DNA of 64,000 bases from an uncultured delta proteobacterium (GTDB lineage Bacteria; Desulfobacterota; Desulfobacteria; Desulfobacterales; JAHEIW01). Positions 30,480 to 39,924 of the stretch are shown piece after piece; within the stretch, counting starts at the first letter, position 1, and the number at the start of each line of letters is the position of its first letter. The translations under genes were made by a program, and so were the position numbers. The DNA lies in contig CAVPNL010000015.1 in NCBI GenBank assembly GCA_963706575.1, forward strand, positions 416,001 to 480,000, in the 5' to 3' direction. The notes beneath the pieces are model-generated. The model was not told the origin of the DNA, searched no databases, and saw only the letters and a program-made list of their open reading frames with translations.

Positions 30480-30575
30480 TTAGTTTATTGTGTTGTGCAA
30501 TTTTTAGATTTTCTTGTAGTATGATATTTAGTTTATTTAGTTGTATCATTCTTAGTTTATTTTGTCGAGCACAAA
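30480..30575. repeat. Four degenerate 24-bp tandem repeats upstream of the Fic gene
   Basis: TTAG(T/A)TT(A/T)T units start at 30480, 30504, 30528 and 30552, each with GT at +12. Confidence 0.7.
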
Positions 30576-30894
30576 TTCGTTTTTTCTGCGGACGGTAAGT
30601 TTCAAATGCGGATTAATGAAATGGCCGGCGGATAAAATTCAGATCAATCAGAGTGCATAAAATCACACATACATGTCTACTATTTTAATTTTTCCAGCCC
30701 AACAGCCGTTTAAGGGCTTTACTAACTGTATGAAATTATGATTTATTTATAAAAATCGAAGCTCGCACAATACTTGCATCTGCAGATTTAGCAAAATAGA
30801 CACTGAAAATAAGGATTCAGCTATTTTTTTGCCATATTATCCGCGGAAGAGACAAGATAAGAATGGGCGGAATAAAAGGAGGTGGAAAGATACC

Positions 30895-31581
30895 ATGTTA
30901 AAACGTTTTCCCGAAAAACCCTTCACTTTATTAATGGTTGCAATCATGCTGCTTTTTGTTGCATGCGCAAACAACAATAAAAAATATGCGGATGAGTATT
31001 ATGAACAGGGTTTGGTTTTTTATAACAGCATGGAGTATGATCGATCAATCGATAATTTTTCAAAAGCGCTGGAAATAAACCCCAAAGATTGGGAAAACCA
31101 CAAAGTCTACTATATGAGGGGACGGTCATATCTAAAAAATCGACAATATGACCCGGCGATTAACGATTTTACCAAAGCCATTGAAATATGCCCTGATACG
31201 GATAAGAAAACCAAATTTTTAATTCTTGAATCAAGAGGCAATTCCTATCATGCCTTAAATAAAAATGATGCCGCAATAAAGGATTTTTCAGATGCGATCG
31301 CCCTAAATCCCCAGCACGAAAACATTAAATATGTTTATTACAATAGAGGGTGGGTCTGGCAAAATAAGGCCGAGTATCAAAAAGCATCTAAAGATTTTTA
31401 CGCGGCGCTGGCCATTGATTCGGCGTTCGCTCCGGCCTACTTCGCAAGGGCACATTCCTGGGAGAAATTGGGAAATCTTGCCAGAGCCCTGGAGGATGCC
31501 AAAGAAGCCCTGCGGCTGGCGCCTGCAACTAAAAAATATGAAGATTTAGTGTTTGAGCTTAGATCGAAGATAAAAAAATAA
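30895..31581 (+). CDS. TPR-repeat lipoprotein
   Basis: Lipobox FVAC; five TPR-like repeats (A..DF.KA.E..P). Confidence 0.85.
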   Translation: MLKRFPEKPFTLLMVAIMLLFVACANNNKKYADEYYEQGLVFYNSMEYDRSIDNFSKALEINPKDWENHKVYYMRGRSYLKNRQYDPAINDFTKAIEICPDTDKKTKFLILESRGNSYHALNKNDAAIKDFSDAIALNPQHENIKYVYYNRGWVWQNKAEYQKASKDFYAALAIDSAFAPAYFARAHSWEKLGNLARALEDAKEALRLAPATKKYEDLVFELRSKIKK

Positions 31582-31609
31582 AAGAGCTGCAGGCAATTAA
31601 ATTAGAACC

Positions 31610-31996
31610 TTAATTCTGAATGCCGGGGGAAATGGCCAGGCGGGATTTTTCTTTTTGGTAGTAGTAGGATTTTACCAATGCTCTTACAAATCGAAGGTTT
31701 TCTGCTTCGTTTCCGATGAAATTGATACCAATATTAAACTGGCCGGATTCGTTTTTTCTGCAATAAACAACCTTGCCTTTAACCTCAATCTGGTTTTTAT
31801 GCATATCGAAAAACATTAAGGAGAGCTTTTTTGATTTGACCTCCACGAAGGCTTCCATCTGAATTCCGGTCTGGCTAATGTCGCGAACAACGGCTACATT
31901 TTGATGTATTGTTTTACCATCTGAATCTAGACTTAAATAGGAAATCGGATCGAATATTTGAACTCTCGGATATTTTCGTCTCTCTTCATTTTCCAT
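31610..31996 (-). CDS. PilZ domain protein
   Basis: RRKYPR and DISQTG motifs. Confidence 0.85.
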   Translation of the reverse strand: MENEERRKYPRVQIFDPISYLSLDSDGKTIHQNVAVVRDISQTGIQMEAFVEVKSKKLSLMFFDMHKNQIEVKGKVVYCRKNESGQFNIGINFIGNEAENLRFVRALVKSYYYQKEKSRLAISPGIQN

Positions 31997-32160
31997 AATT
32001 TATTTATCGGCCTTGAAGCTAAAATCTTTATTTTATTTAACACATTAAGAATTTTATTGGTTTTGCCGATAATAAATCTGTCTTTTTCATGGCTGCGCCG
32101 CATATGGATTACACTCAAAAACCGCCAAATTCCGATAGAACTGCGGAAAGGTGATCAAAT

Positions 32161-33324
32161 TTGAAAGTGCCTGAATTTATAAAGAAATCTTCATCACAAC
32201 AATTCAAAATAGATCGAAATACCGTTGAGCACATTATCGACGGTTCCATCGTGATCAATTCAATTGATTTGATGCTCGACATTTTGAAAAAATTTCCGGC
32301 CGAACCGTATCTCGTCAGGATATATGCGGACTTAATTTTAAAATATAAGATGCATGAGGCGGCGGCGAAAGCCTATAACCGGGCCGCCGTCCTTTTTTTG
32401 AACAGCGGTAAGATGCTGCCGGCGATCGTGGCAAAAATTTCTCAATGGCACATAGAAATGCCTTCCGATCAACATGTAAAATCATTTTTATCCGAGCTCG
32501 ACAATAACCATAACCGGGAGCTGCCGATCGGCCATTTCTTTTCCAAATTATCCATCCACGAGTTAAAGGCGCTTTGCTCCCTTTTTGAAAATATCCGCTT
32601 GCCTGCCGGGAAGGTCGTTAAAGAGATTGGAGATCCGGAAGATCATTTATTTTTTATTGTATCGGGACGATTGAAAGATTCCATTTACCTGACGCTGCAA
32701 AATCAAAGAAAGGTATTCAGAAAGCCCACACTAACGCTGTCGGAAAATGATTACTTCGGAGATATCTACCCGTTTAACAAAGAGCAGCAGTCTCAATCCT
32801 ATATAGAGACTCTCGAACCGGTAGAGCTGGCCAAAATCCCCAAAGAAAAACTCATGCGGATCTGCCGCAAATACCCGAATATTGAACTGGGGATTATCGA
32901 CTTGCTCAGCATTCGATCAATTGCCGACAAAGAAGCACCGGCTGACGAAATTCGAAAGGAAACTCGCTACAAATTCACCTTAAGGCTGGAACTTGAAATT
33001 TATCCGGAGAATGACCCTGAGCAGGCCATTTACCTGGAAGGCGATTCCGAAGACATTTCGATCGGCGGCATGAGTATTAACATTGAACCAACCAATATCC
33101 GCGAGCCGCACACGGTTTCCAGTCTTGAAAAAACTATCTCAGATCTCAAAATAAACGTCAGTGTTGTAACCCAAACCCTGTTGTTGAAAATCTCCGGTAA
33201 GATCGCCTGGCATCGTGAAGTTGTCCATAACGGGGCCAAAACAGTGGCGCTGGGTATGCAGTTTGATGAAATGTCTCCCAAAGTTCGCGGTCTGCTGTTT
33301 GCCCTGTTTAACAGTCTGGATTGA
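32161..33324 (+). CDS. Cyclic nucleotide-binding plus PilZ domain protein
   Basis: cNMP core (EIGDP...LFFIVSG...YFGD); C-terminal RKETR and DISIGG. Confidence 0.8.
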   Translation: MKVPEFIKKSSSQQFKIDRNTVEHIIDGSIVINSIDLMLDILKKFPAEPYLVRIYADLILKYKMHEAAAKAYNRAAVLFLNSGKMLPAIVAKISQWHIEMPSDQHVKSFLSELDNNHNRELPIGHFFSKLSIHELKALCSLFENIRLPAGKVVKEIGDPEDHLFFIVSGRLKDSIYLTLQNQRKVFRKPTLTLSENDYFGDIYPFNKEQQSQSYIETLEPVELAKIPKEKLMRICRKYPNIELGIIDLLSIRSIADKEAPADEIRKETRYKFTLRLELEIYPENDPEQAIYLEGDSEDISIGGMSINIEPTNIREPHTVSSLEKTISDLKINVSVVTQTLLLKISGKIAWHREVVHNGAKTVALGMQFDEMSPKVRGLLFALFNSLD

Positions 33325-33595
33325 TTTTGCTTGACATTTAAACGGGTTTCAAAATAAGAAGAATCGTATCGTGTGATCTCTATGGTTCAATCTCACTTTT
33401 AAAGCTTACTCCCATTATCAATTCTTGAAACGACTATGATTTTACCTGCAGGACACCTCCGAAAGCGCTGATTTCTTCTCCCACAGAAATGTTTGGTTTC
33501 CGGTTAACTTGAAATTAAAAATCCAGGTTATGAGACCGAGGTATGTTTTTATGAAATACCTCACACTTTAAACCCTGTAGTGAAAGGAGGGTGTT

Positions 33596-33946
33596 ATGGC
33601 TAACCAGGCAATATTTTTAGGCTGGAATCGTCCCGCTCGAGGCCGCGAAGAGCAAGCGATGAAACTGTGGGGAAAAACGATGGAGTATTATGGAAAATTG
33701 CAGGCTGAAGGTCGAATTGAAAGCTTTGAACCGGTGATTCTGACGGCACATGGCGGTGATTTGAATGGTTTTTTTCTCATCAGAGGTGATGCTGAAAAGC
33801 TCAGTGAGATCCGGCGTGAAGATGATTTTGTTAACTTCGCTATCGAGGCGGGTTACTGTCTGGATGGTTTCGGAATCGTCAACGGCTATATCGGAGAAGC
33901 ATTAAACGATGCTTTTACTCGCTGGTCGAAACTTGTTTCCGGGTAA
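33596..33946 (+). CDS. Hypothetical protein
   Basis: Strong RBS AAGGAGG; followed by a terminator. Confidence 0.75.
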   Translation: MANQAIFLGWNRPARGREEQAMKLWGKTMEYYGKLQAEGRIESFEPVILTAHGGDLNGFFLIRGDAEKLSEIRREDDFVNFAIEAGYCLDGFGIVNGYIGEALNDAFTRWSKLVSG

Positions 33947-33986
33947 TCGATTTAATTTTAAAGTTATTTTAAAAAACAAAGTGAAT

Positions 33987-34016
33987 GGGCAGAGTCATTA
34001 GTGGTTCTGCCTTTTT
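33987..34016 (+). terminator. Rho-independent terminator
   Basis: GGCAGAGTCA-ttag-TGGTTCTGCC hairpin followed by a T run. Confidence 0.65.
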
Positions 34017-34436
34017 CATAACCAGCCACAGCCCATCTTCGCTTTAAAGAGCTTCCGTCTTCGTTAAAACTTCGCCGGACAAGTCGCCGCAGCAGACCTC
34101 ACACGGACACACCCAAACATCTGGCCGAACGACCAGAATTTTCTGCTACTCTGCGCGCTTTTTTATGTTCTTCCATAACAGCCTTCTTTTTTGCAGGAAA
34201 ATCGCCTTGATGATGTTCAAATTAGAAAGTAAGCCGATTCTTTCCTTTTTATTTGACCCGGTATATCTATATATAATATAGAGTTTAGAAGGGGCACAGA
34301 TCTTTCATGATACCTGACCTAAAACAAGTTTTATCACCTGGCGCAAAACATCGGTCTGTTTCCGGCAGACTATTTACTTTCTTCTTCTTTCAGAGTCGCC
34401 CCAATCATTAATTTTTATTCAGACAAGGAGGACAAG

Positions 34437-34799
34437 ATGGCAACACAGGACAAATGCTGTACGATCGTACCTTACTTCAAAGTTCAGAGCGATCAACTTG
34501 GTGCTTTTAAGGAAATATGCGAGCAATTTGTTGAAAAATCCAGCACGGAGCCGAAATGCCTGTTTTACGGATTCAGTTTCGACGGCGACACGGCCCATTG
34601 CCGTGAAGGCTATCAAGATGCCGAGGGTGCGCTGGCCCATCTTGAAAATGTCGGTGCGCTGCTGCAAGAAGCCCTCAAGATTTCCGAAATCACGCGTCTG
34701 GAAATCCACGGCCCCGAAGAAGAACTGGCAAAGCTGCGTGAGCCGCTGGCTGATTTGCAGCCCCAATTTTTTACGCTGGAGTATGGTTTCCGCCGATAG
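34437..34799 (+). CDS. ABM/dimeric alpha-beta barrel protein (quinol monooxygenase-like)
   Basis: EPKCLFYGF...CREGYQDAEGALAHL; RBS AAGGAGG. Confidence 0.7.
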   Translation: MATQDKCCTIVPYFKVQSDQLGAFKEICEQFVEKSSTEPKCLFYGFSFDGDTAHCREGYQDAEGALAHLENVGALLQEALKISEITRLEIHGPEEELAKLREPLADLQPQFFTLEYGFRR

Positions 34800-35342
34800 G
34801 GGGACCACAGCAGATACGCCCGGCTATTCTTTTCTCATTTAAGTCCCGCCTTAAGAAGGGCAGCAATATAGCGCTCGATATCGGTTTTATTTTTGTAAGG
34901 AAGTGTTTTTGAAAAGGACGTAGTACCGGATCAGAATAAAATGATAATTTGCTTGTAATCCGATCCCGAAGCGATTATGCTATTTAGTGGGGGACAAGAG
35001 TTTCATCCGTTGATCGAATACTAGTAGCGGCAAACCGTATTTCACCTACAAACCGGCCTGGTTTTTTCGCAAAGCGACTTCTCACCGTTCATCATCACAT
35101 CGAATCATTGACAACAGCGACAACAGCGCATCGCAAACGATTTTACGTCACGCTGAATAAAACATCGCACTCTCTGTCTCTGGCCTATTTTCACCAAATC
35201 ATTGCTTTCCCTTGTTGAACTGTTCGGCAGGGTAACCCGACATTCTCGACTGCCCCTCGGAACCGGGAAAACAAAGCGGTGGTGCGTGGAAATTCCTTAG
35301 ACCCCCGTCAGGCATTTCACCACTAAAAGAAAGGAGGTTACC

Positions 35343-35972
35343 ATGGACAAGCCCACCGTTAATTACGAAACCCTTATTCGTATCACCAAGGCGATTTCCA
35401 TGATCCGGGATCCGGAAGAAATCGTTCTGATCACGGTGGAGGGCGTCACCCATGCCCTGAACGTCAAAGGTTGCACGCTGTTTCTGTTTAGTCCCAGGAG
35501 CCAGGAGCTCAAACTTGCCGGCAGTTATGGCCTGAGCAACAATTATCTGGACAAGGGTCCCGTGAGCGCGCTGCGTTCGATTGCAGCAGCCCTTCAGGAT
35601 GGCCAGCCGGTAGCCATATTCGATGTTGCCGATGATCCCCGCATTCAATATCCGGATGCCGCCATAAAAGAGAGCATCGCTTCAATCCTTTCGGTGCCGA
35701 TCATTATTGGAGAAAAACTGGTCGGCTGCATGCGGGTTTACACCGCCGAGCCCTGGGAATTCACTTTAAACGACGTTAATTTCGTTCAGGCAGTTGCCCA
35801 GATCGTCGGCATGAGCCTGGAAATGTGCCGGGTCAACAAGGGCCTAAAAGACAGCATCGACATTTTAAAGACCATGCGGGATCCCAAGACCTTGAAATCC
35901 AAAAGGCGAACACCGTACGAGGGGGTCCCCAGGAGCTTCGGTAACGAGGAGATGCCACAGACCGGTGCCTGA
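35343..35972 (+). CDS. GAF domain protein
   Basis: SYGLS.YL.KG, DVADDPRIQYP and SILSVP motifs; RBS AAGGAGG. Confidence 0.88.
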   Translation: MDKPTVNYETLIRITKAISMIRDPEEIVLITVEGVTHALNVKGCTLFLFSPRSQELKLAGSYGLSNNYLDKGPVSALRSIAAALQDGQPVAIFDVADDPRIQYPDAAIKESIASILSVPIIIGEKLVGCMRVYTAEPWEFTLNDVNFVQAVAQIVGMSLEMCRVNKGLKDSIDILKTMRDPKTLKSKRRTPYEGVPRSFGNEEMPQTGA

Positions 35973-36096
35973 TAATGGGTAGTGGCTCATGGAACGTGCA
36001 AAAAAAAACACAGGTCTGTTAAATTTTGTATAATTTTAAGTCGACAAATAGACGCTGAATTTATAAAAACACAGAAAATTCAGGCAGTTAAGGGTT

Positions 36097-36112
36097 TGGC
36101 ATATTATTTGTA
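36097..36112 (+). promoter_or_regulatory. Possible sigma-54 promoter (variant -12)
   Basis: TGGCATATTATTTGTA: GG-N10-GT instead of GC. Confidence 0.35.
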
Positions 36113-36174
36113 TTGCTAACTGATATTATTAAATAATACGGGAATAATGTTAAACGCACAGGGAAACCTTCAAA

Positions 36175-36489
36175 ATGTACAGCAATTACATCCCCAATGG
36201 CCAAACCCAGAATTCAGAGAGAAGAAAAGATGCCCGCAAAAAAGTCAACGGAATCCGGCTGCTGGTTGCAGATTGCCGGACCATGGAAAGCGACTTTCAG
36301 GCGCCCATTAACAATATCAGTTCAGGCGGTGTTTTTATTGACACCAGGCAACGTCTGTTCGTCGGCCAGGAGATCGCGATAACTTTTGATTTCCCCGGCA
36401 CCCGAAAAACGATAATGGCAAACGGTGAAATTGTTCGAACCTCGTTTGAAGGCGCCGGCATCCGATTCAGGATGTTTTTTAAAAAATAA
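36175..36489 (+). CDS. PilZ domain protein
   Basis: RRKDAR and NISSGG motifs. Confidence 0.85.
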   Translation: MYSNYIPNGQTQNSERRKDARKKVNGIRLLVADCRTMESDFQAPINNISSGGVFIDTRQRLFVGQEIAITFDFPGTRKTIMANGEIVRTSFEGAGIRFRMFFKK

Positions 36490-36519
36490 ATCGACTTTAT
36501 TAAACCTTTTATTTGCTAA

Positions 36520-36558
36520 AATAAAGGCAGTCACAATTTTATGGCTGCCTTTTTATTT
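36520..36558 (+). terminator. Rho-independent (possibly bidirectional) terminator
   Basis: AAAGGCAGTCA...TGGCTGCCTTTTTT. Confidence 0.65.
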
Positions 36559-36737
36559 GACCATTTGCCAATTAATGAGTATAAATATTTGTAGCTAAAC
36601 ATTGATTTCTCACGACATCTGACCTGCACTGCGTTTTTGATCTGTTAAACCGGACCAGGTCTCACTTCACTCTTCTCCGAAGACTCTCGACTCTGATTTT
36701 TTGCGTTGTGAAAACCTTAACCAAAGGGGAGGACCCC

Positions 36738-36815
36738 ATGGCCATCAGGGTTTTAAACGCAAACATGCTGCCCTCCTCGCCGTCGATGTCGTCCGTTACG
36801 GCCCTCTGATGAACG
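36738..36815 (+). pseudogene. Remnant of a class III adenylate/guanylate cyclase N-terminus
   Basis: RBS GGAGG, ATG GCC, then frame-shifted QGFKRKHAALLAVDVVRYGPLM, resembling KRKLAAILxADVVGYSRLM. Confidence 0.55.
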
Positions 36816-36853
36816 GCATCAACATAAGGTCTCCAAAGGGAGGGAACAAATCT

Positions 36854-37243
36854 ATGACAAAAGAAATTCTAATCGTAGATGATGAGCCCGGTGTCGTGGT
36901 GGCTATTCAGTTTCTAATGGAGCAGCAGGGTTACAATGTCCTGGTCGCAAATAGCGGCGAAGATGCCCTGGAGGTGATTTATAAATACAAGCCGGATCTT
37001 GCGATTCTGGATATCATGCTTCCCGGAATTAGTGGCTGGGAGGTTTGTGAAATTGTGCGTTTAAATCCCGATTATCGAAACGTGAAAATCGTTTTTTTAA
37101 CGGCCCGGGGCGATGAGGCGGAAATCGCCAGGGGCCTGGCCCTGGGGGCGGATGCCTATATTACCAAGCCATTTTCCAATGACCAGCTTATCGCCGAAGT
37201 CAACACACTATTAGAAAATGCCCTAGAGAAGACTGGAAATTAA
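36854..37243 (+). CDS. Single-domain response regulator (REC)
   Basis: ILIVDDE, LDIMLP, FLTA and ITKPF motifs. Confidence 0.92.
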   Translation: MTKEILIVDDEPGVVVAIQFLMEQQGYNVLVANSGEDALEVIYKYKPDLAILDIMLPGISGWEVCEIVRLNPDYRNVKIVFLTARGDEAEIARGLALGADAYITKPFSNDQLIAEVNTLLENALEKTGN

Positions 37244-37336
37244 ATTTCGCGGAACTTGTGTGCCTTTGGAGGCGTTGCGGATGAATCGCAAACTTTAAAT
37301 TTTTAAAAGTTTAATAATTAAGAAAGGGGGGGCAAC

Positions 37337-37888
37337 ATGAAAAAGCAACTCATCAATTACGAAACGCTTCTCAAGGTAACCAAGGCGATGTCCATGTCCA
37401 ACAGACCCGAAGAGGTTGTCCAGTTAACCGTGGATAGCGTAAAAGCATCACTGGAAATAAAGGGCTGTGCGCTGTTTCTGATTGACCCCCAAAAAAAAGT
37501 ATTGGAAGTCGCCGCTTCCTGCGGGCTGAGCGCTGAATATTTAAAAAAAGGACCTTTGAGCTCGATACGCTCCATTGGCGAATCTATGACGGACGGACCG
37601 GTGGCGATTTACGATGTGAGCGATGACCCCAGAATCCAATACCCGGACGCTGCAAAAAAAGAAGGCATCGCATCGATTTTGGCCGTGCCCATTTACAGTC
37701 GCGGAAACATTATCGGTTCTATGCGCGTATATTCCGCAGAACAATGGGAGTTCACCCTGGAGGATGTAAATTTTGTACAGGCCGTGGCTCAAATCGCCGG
37801 GATTCTCATCGATATGTGCCGACTCTATCAGGGGCAAAAAGAATTTAACGAAGTTTTAATGGAAATGCGAGAAGCGCGAGCAATGTGA
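37337..37888 (+). CDS. GAF domain protein (paralog of 35343-35972)
   Basis: Shares NYETL, DDPRIQYPDAA and WEFTL.DVNFVQAVAQI. Confidence 0.88.
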   Translation: MKKQLINYETLLKVTKAMSMSNRPEEVVQLTVDSVKASLEIKGCALFLIDPQKKVLEVAASCGLSAEYLKKGPLSSIRSIGESMTDGPVAIYDVSDDPRIQYPDAAKKEGIASILAVPIYSRGNIIGSMRVYSAEQWEFTLEDVNFVQAVAQIAGILIDMCRLYQGQKEFNEVLMEMREARAM

Positions 37889-38001
37889 ATTCTATCAAGC
37901 ATTGGGAATACGGATAGCCAACAAAAAGAAAAGTGTTGGCCTGAAATCATTTCGTAGAATCTAATTTTTCTGACAAACAGATATCGGCTTAATTATTCGA
38001 A

Positions 38002-39876
38002 ATGGAAACCATCGCTGCTGACAACTGGGAATCGGCAGTCGTTTCCCCGGAAATCGTGACCGGCAAAATTAAGCCCGGGATGAGTATATTTTTAGGGACA
38101 GCAGGGGCCGAACCGCGTACCATGGTTCGACATCTGATGACCGCTGACACCAAAAATTTAGAAGATCTCGAGCTGATTCAGCTGGTCAGCTTCGGGGATG
38201 CCGTTTCCCTGCAAACGCTGCAATCCCAGAAGTTCCGTTTAACAACTTTCTTTTCCGGCTGGGTAGCAAATGAAGCCATCGAAGAGGGTCGGGTGGACAT
38301 GATCCCCAGTCGGTTCGTAAAGATTCCCCAATTAATCGAATCCCGCCTGGCACCGGTTGATGTTGCAATCGTTCAGATTACACCTCCCAATGAAGCCGGA
38401 TATTGCAGCCTCGGCATCGCTGTTGATGTGGCCCGGGAAGCTCTGGAACAGGCCACCATTTGCGTGGGTGAAATCAACACGCAAATCCCCCGTACCCTGG
38501 GGGATACATTTATTCACCTATCCGAATTTGACTTTTTGGTCCGTTCAACAGACGCACCGATATATTTCGACCGCTGGAAAACCAATGAAATCTGGGATCA
38601 GGTCGCTTTAAATGCCGCCTCATTAATTGAAGATGGAAGCTGCCTGGCATTTTCAATCGGTCCCTTATACGAGTCGCTGGCCAAACAATTGAGGAATAAG
38701 CGCCATCTGGGAATCCACTCACCCTTTTTTACGGACCCGCTGATGGATCTAATGCAAAGTGGGGCGGTCACCAATCGTCGCAAAGACACCTATCGCGGCC
38801 AATCCCTGACGTCTTATGCTCTGGGTACACCTGAGCTCATGCACTGGCTGGACAACAATCCCCTGGTAGAGTTCCAGCGAATCGATAAGGTGTTTAACCC
38901 GTTGATCATCGGCCGCAACCCTAAATTTGTCACCGTCGTTGCTGCCAGAAAGGTGGATTTATACGGCCGAATCGGGCTCTATGTAGGGAAAGGCAATGTG
39001 GCCTCCGGACCTGCCGAGGTGATGGATTTTTTAAGTGGTGCGGAACTGTCAGATGGCGGGCGCTCCATCTTTGCCCTGACCAGCCAGGATCCAAAGGGGT
39101 TGCCGAACATTCTGCTGTCTATCGCCGATCTGCCCAACCAGTTTAGCGCATTCGAATCTGTGGGTGCCATCGTTACGGAATACGGTGTGGCCTTCTTGCA
39201 GGGACGCAGTATCAGGGAGCGGGCGCAGGCCCTGATTGATATCGCCCATCCGGACGACCGGGCAATCCTTGTGCAAAAAGCAAAAGAGAATAGGATCTTA
39301 TACCAGGACCAGATTTTTCTGGCAGAAAGTGGGCGCCTCTATCCGGCAGACATTGCTGAAACCTATACGGTCAGAGATGATCTTAAGTTAAGGTTTAGAG
39401 CCATCAAACCCTCTGATGAGGAAGGCATGCGTCATCTGTTTTATCGGTTTTCAGAAAAAACGGTATACTACCGCTATTTTCAAACCGTCAGAAGCATGCC
39501 GCATGCCAAAATGCAAGAATACGTCAATGTGGACTGGAATCAGGTCATGTCCATCGTCGGTCTGGTTGGGGAGGAGGGCAAAGGTCGCATCATCGCCGAG
39601 GCGCGCTATATCAAAATTCCAGGAAATCCGTTTGCCGAGGTGGTTTTTGTGGTGGACGAAAATTATCAGGGTTTTGGAATTGCCACTTTTTTATACCGGA
39701 TGTTGATTCGTGTAGCCAGGGAGCGCGGCGTCAGGGGATTCGTGGCCGAAGTCTTATATTCCAATATCGGTGGCATTATGAAGGTTTTTAAAAAAGGGGA
39801 TTTACCGGTAAAGGCGCATCTGGAAGGCGGTGTCTATCACCTTGAAATCCCATTCAATTCGGTGACGAAGGTTTGA
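38002..39876 (+). CDS. Acetyl-CoA hydrolase/transferase fused to C-terminal GNAT acetyltransferase
   Basis: CSLGIAVD, HLGIHS, IVTEYGVA and LIDIAHPDDR motifs; GNAT part FRAIKPSD...YQGFGIA. Confidence 0.9.
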   Translation: METIAADNWESAVVSPEIVTGKIKPGMSIFLGTAGAEPRTMVRHLMTADTKNLEDLELIQLVSFGDAVSLQTLQSQKFRLTTFFSGWVANEAIEEGRVDMIPSRFVKIPQLIESRLAPVDVAIVQITPPNEAGYCSLGIAVDVAREALEQATICVGEINTQIPRTLGDTFIHLSEFDFLVRSTDAPIYFDRWKTNEIWDQVALNAASLIEDGSCLAFSIGPLYESLAKQLRNKRHLGIHSPFFTDPLMDLMQSGAVTNRRKDTYRGQSLTSYALGTPELMHWLDNNPLVEFQRIDKVFNPLIIGRNPKFVTVVAARKVDLYGRIGLYVGKGNVASGPAEVMDFLSGAELSDGGRSIFALTSQDPKGLPNILLSIADLPNQFSAFESVGAIVTEYGVAFLQGRSIRERAQALIDIAHPDDRAILVQKAKENRILYQDQIFLAESGRLYPADIAETYTVRDDLKLRFRAIKPSDEEGMRHLFYRFSEKTVYYRYFQTVRSMPHAKMQEYVNVDWNQVMSIVGLVGEEGKGRIIAEARYIKIPGNPFAEVVFVVDENYQGFGIATFLYRMLIRVARERGVRGFVAEVLYSNIGGIMKVFKKGDLPVKAHLEGGVYHLEIPFNSVTKV

Positions 39877-39924
39877 TGTATTCATTTCTGCGATCTATGC
39901 GTCTTTACGGTCAATAAATTGACC

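Noticed and set aside
30480..30575. CRISPR array
   Set aside because: The period is only 24 bp, the repeats are degenerate with no repeat/spacer alternation, and no cas genes are present.
30762..30778. Sigma-54 promoter TCGCACAATACTTGCA before the TPR lipoprotein
   Set aside because: The invariant -24 GG is CG, so it is not supportable without TSS data.
35025..35090. c-di-GMP-I riboswitch (GGCAAACC...GCAAAGC)
   Set aside because: Two sub-motifs are present but I could not build the GNRA-capped P2 or the P3 stem. An Infernal scan with the c-di-GMP-I model would decide.
36701..36853. Long N-terminus of the response regulator
   Set aside because: It consists of the decayed cyclase remnant; the REC domain has its own RBS and ATG at 36854.
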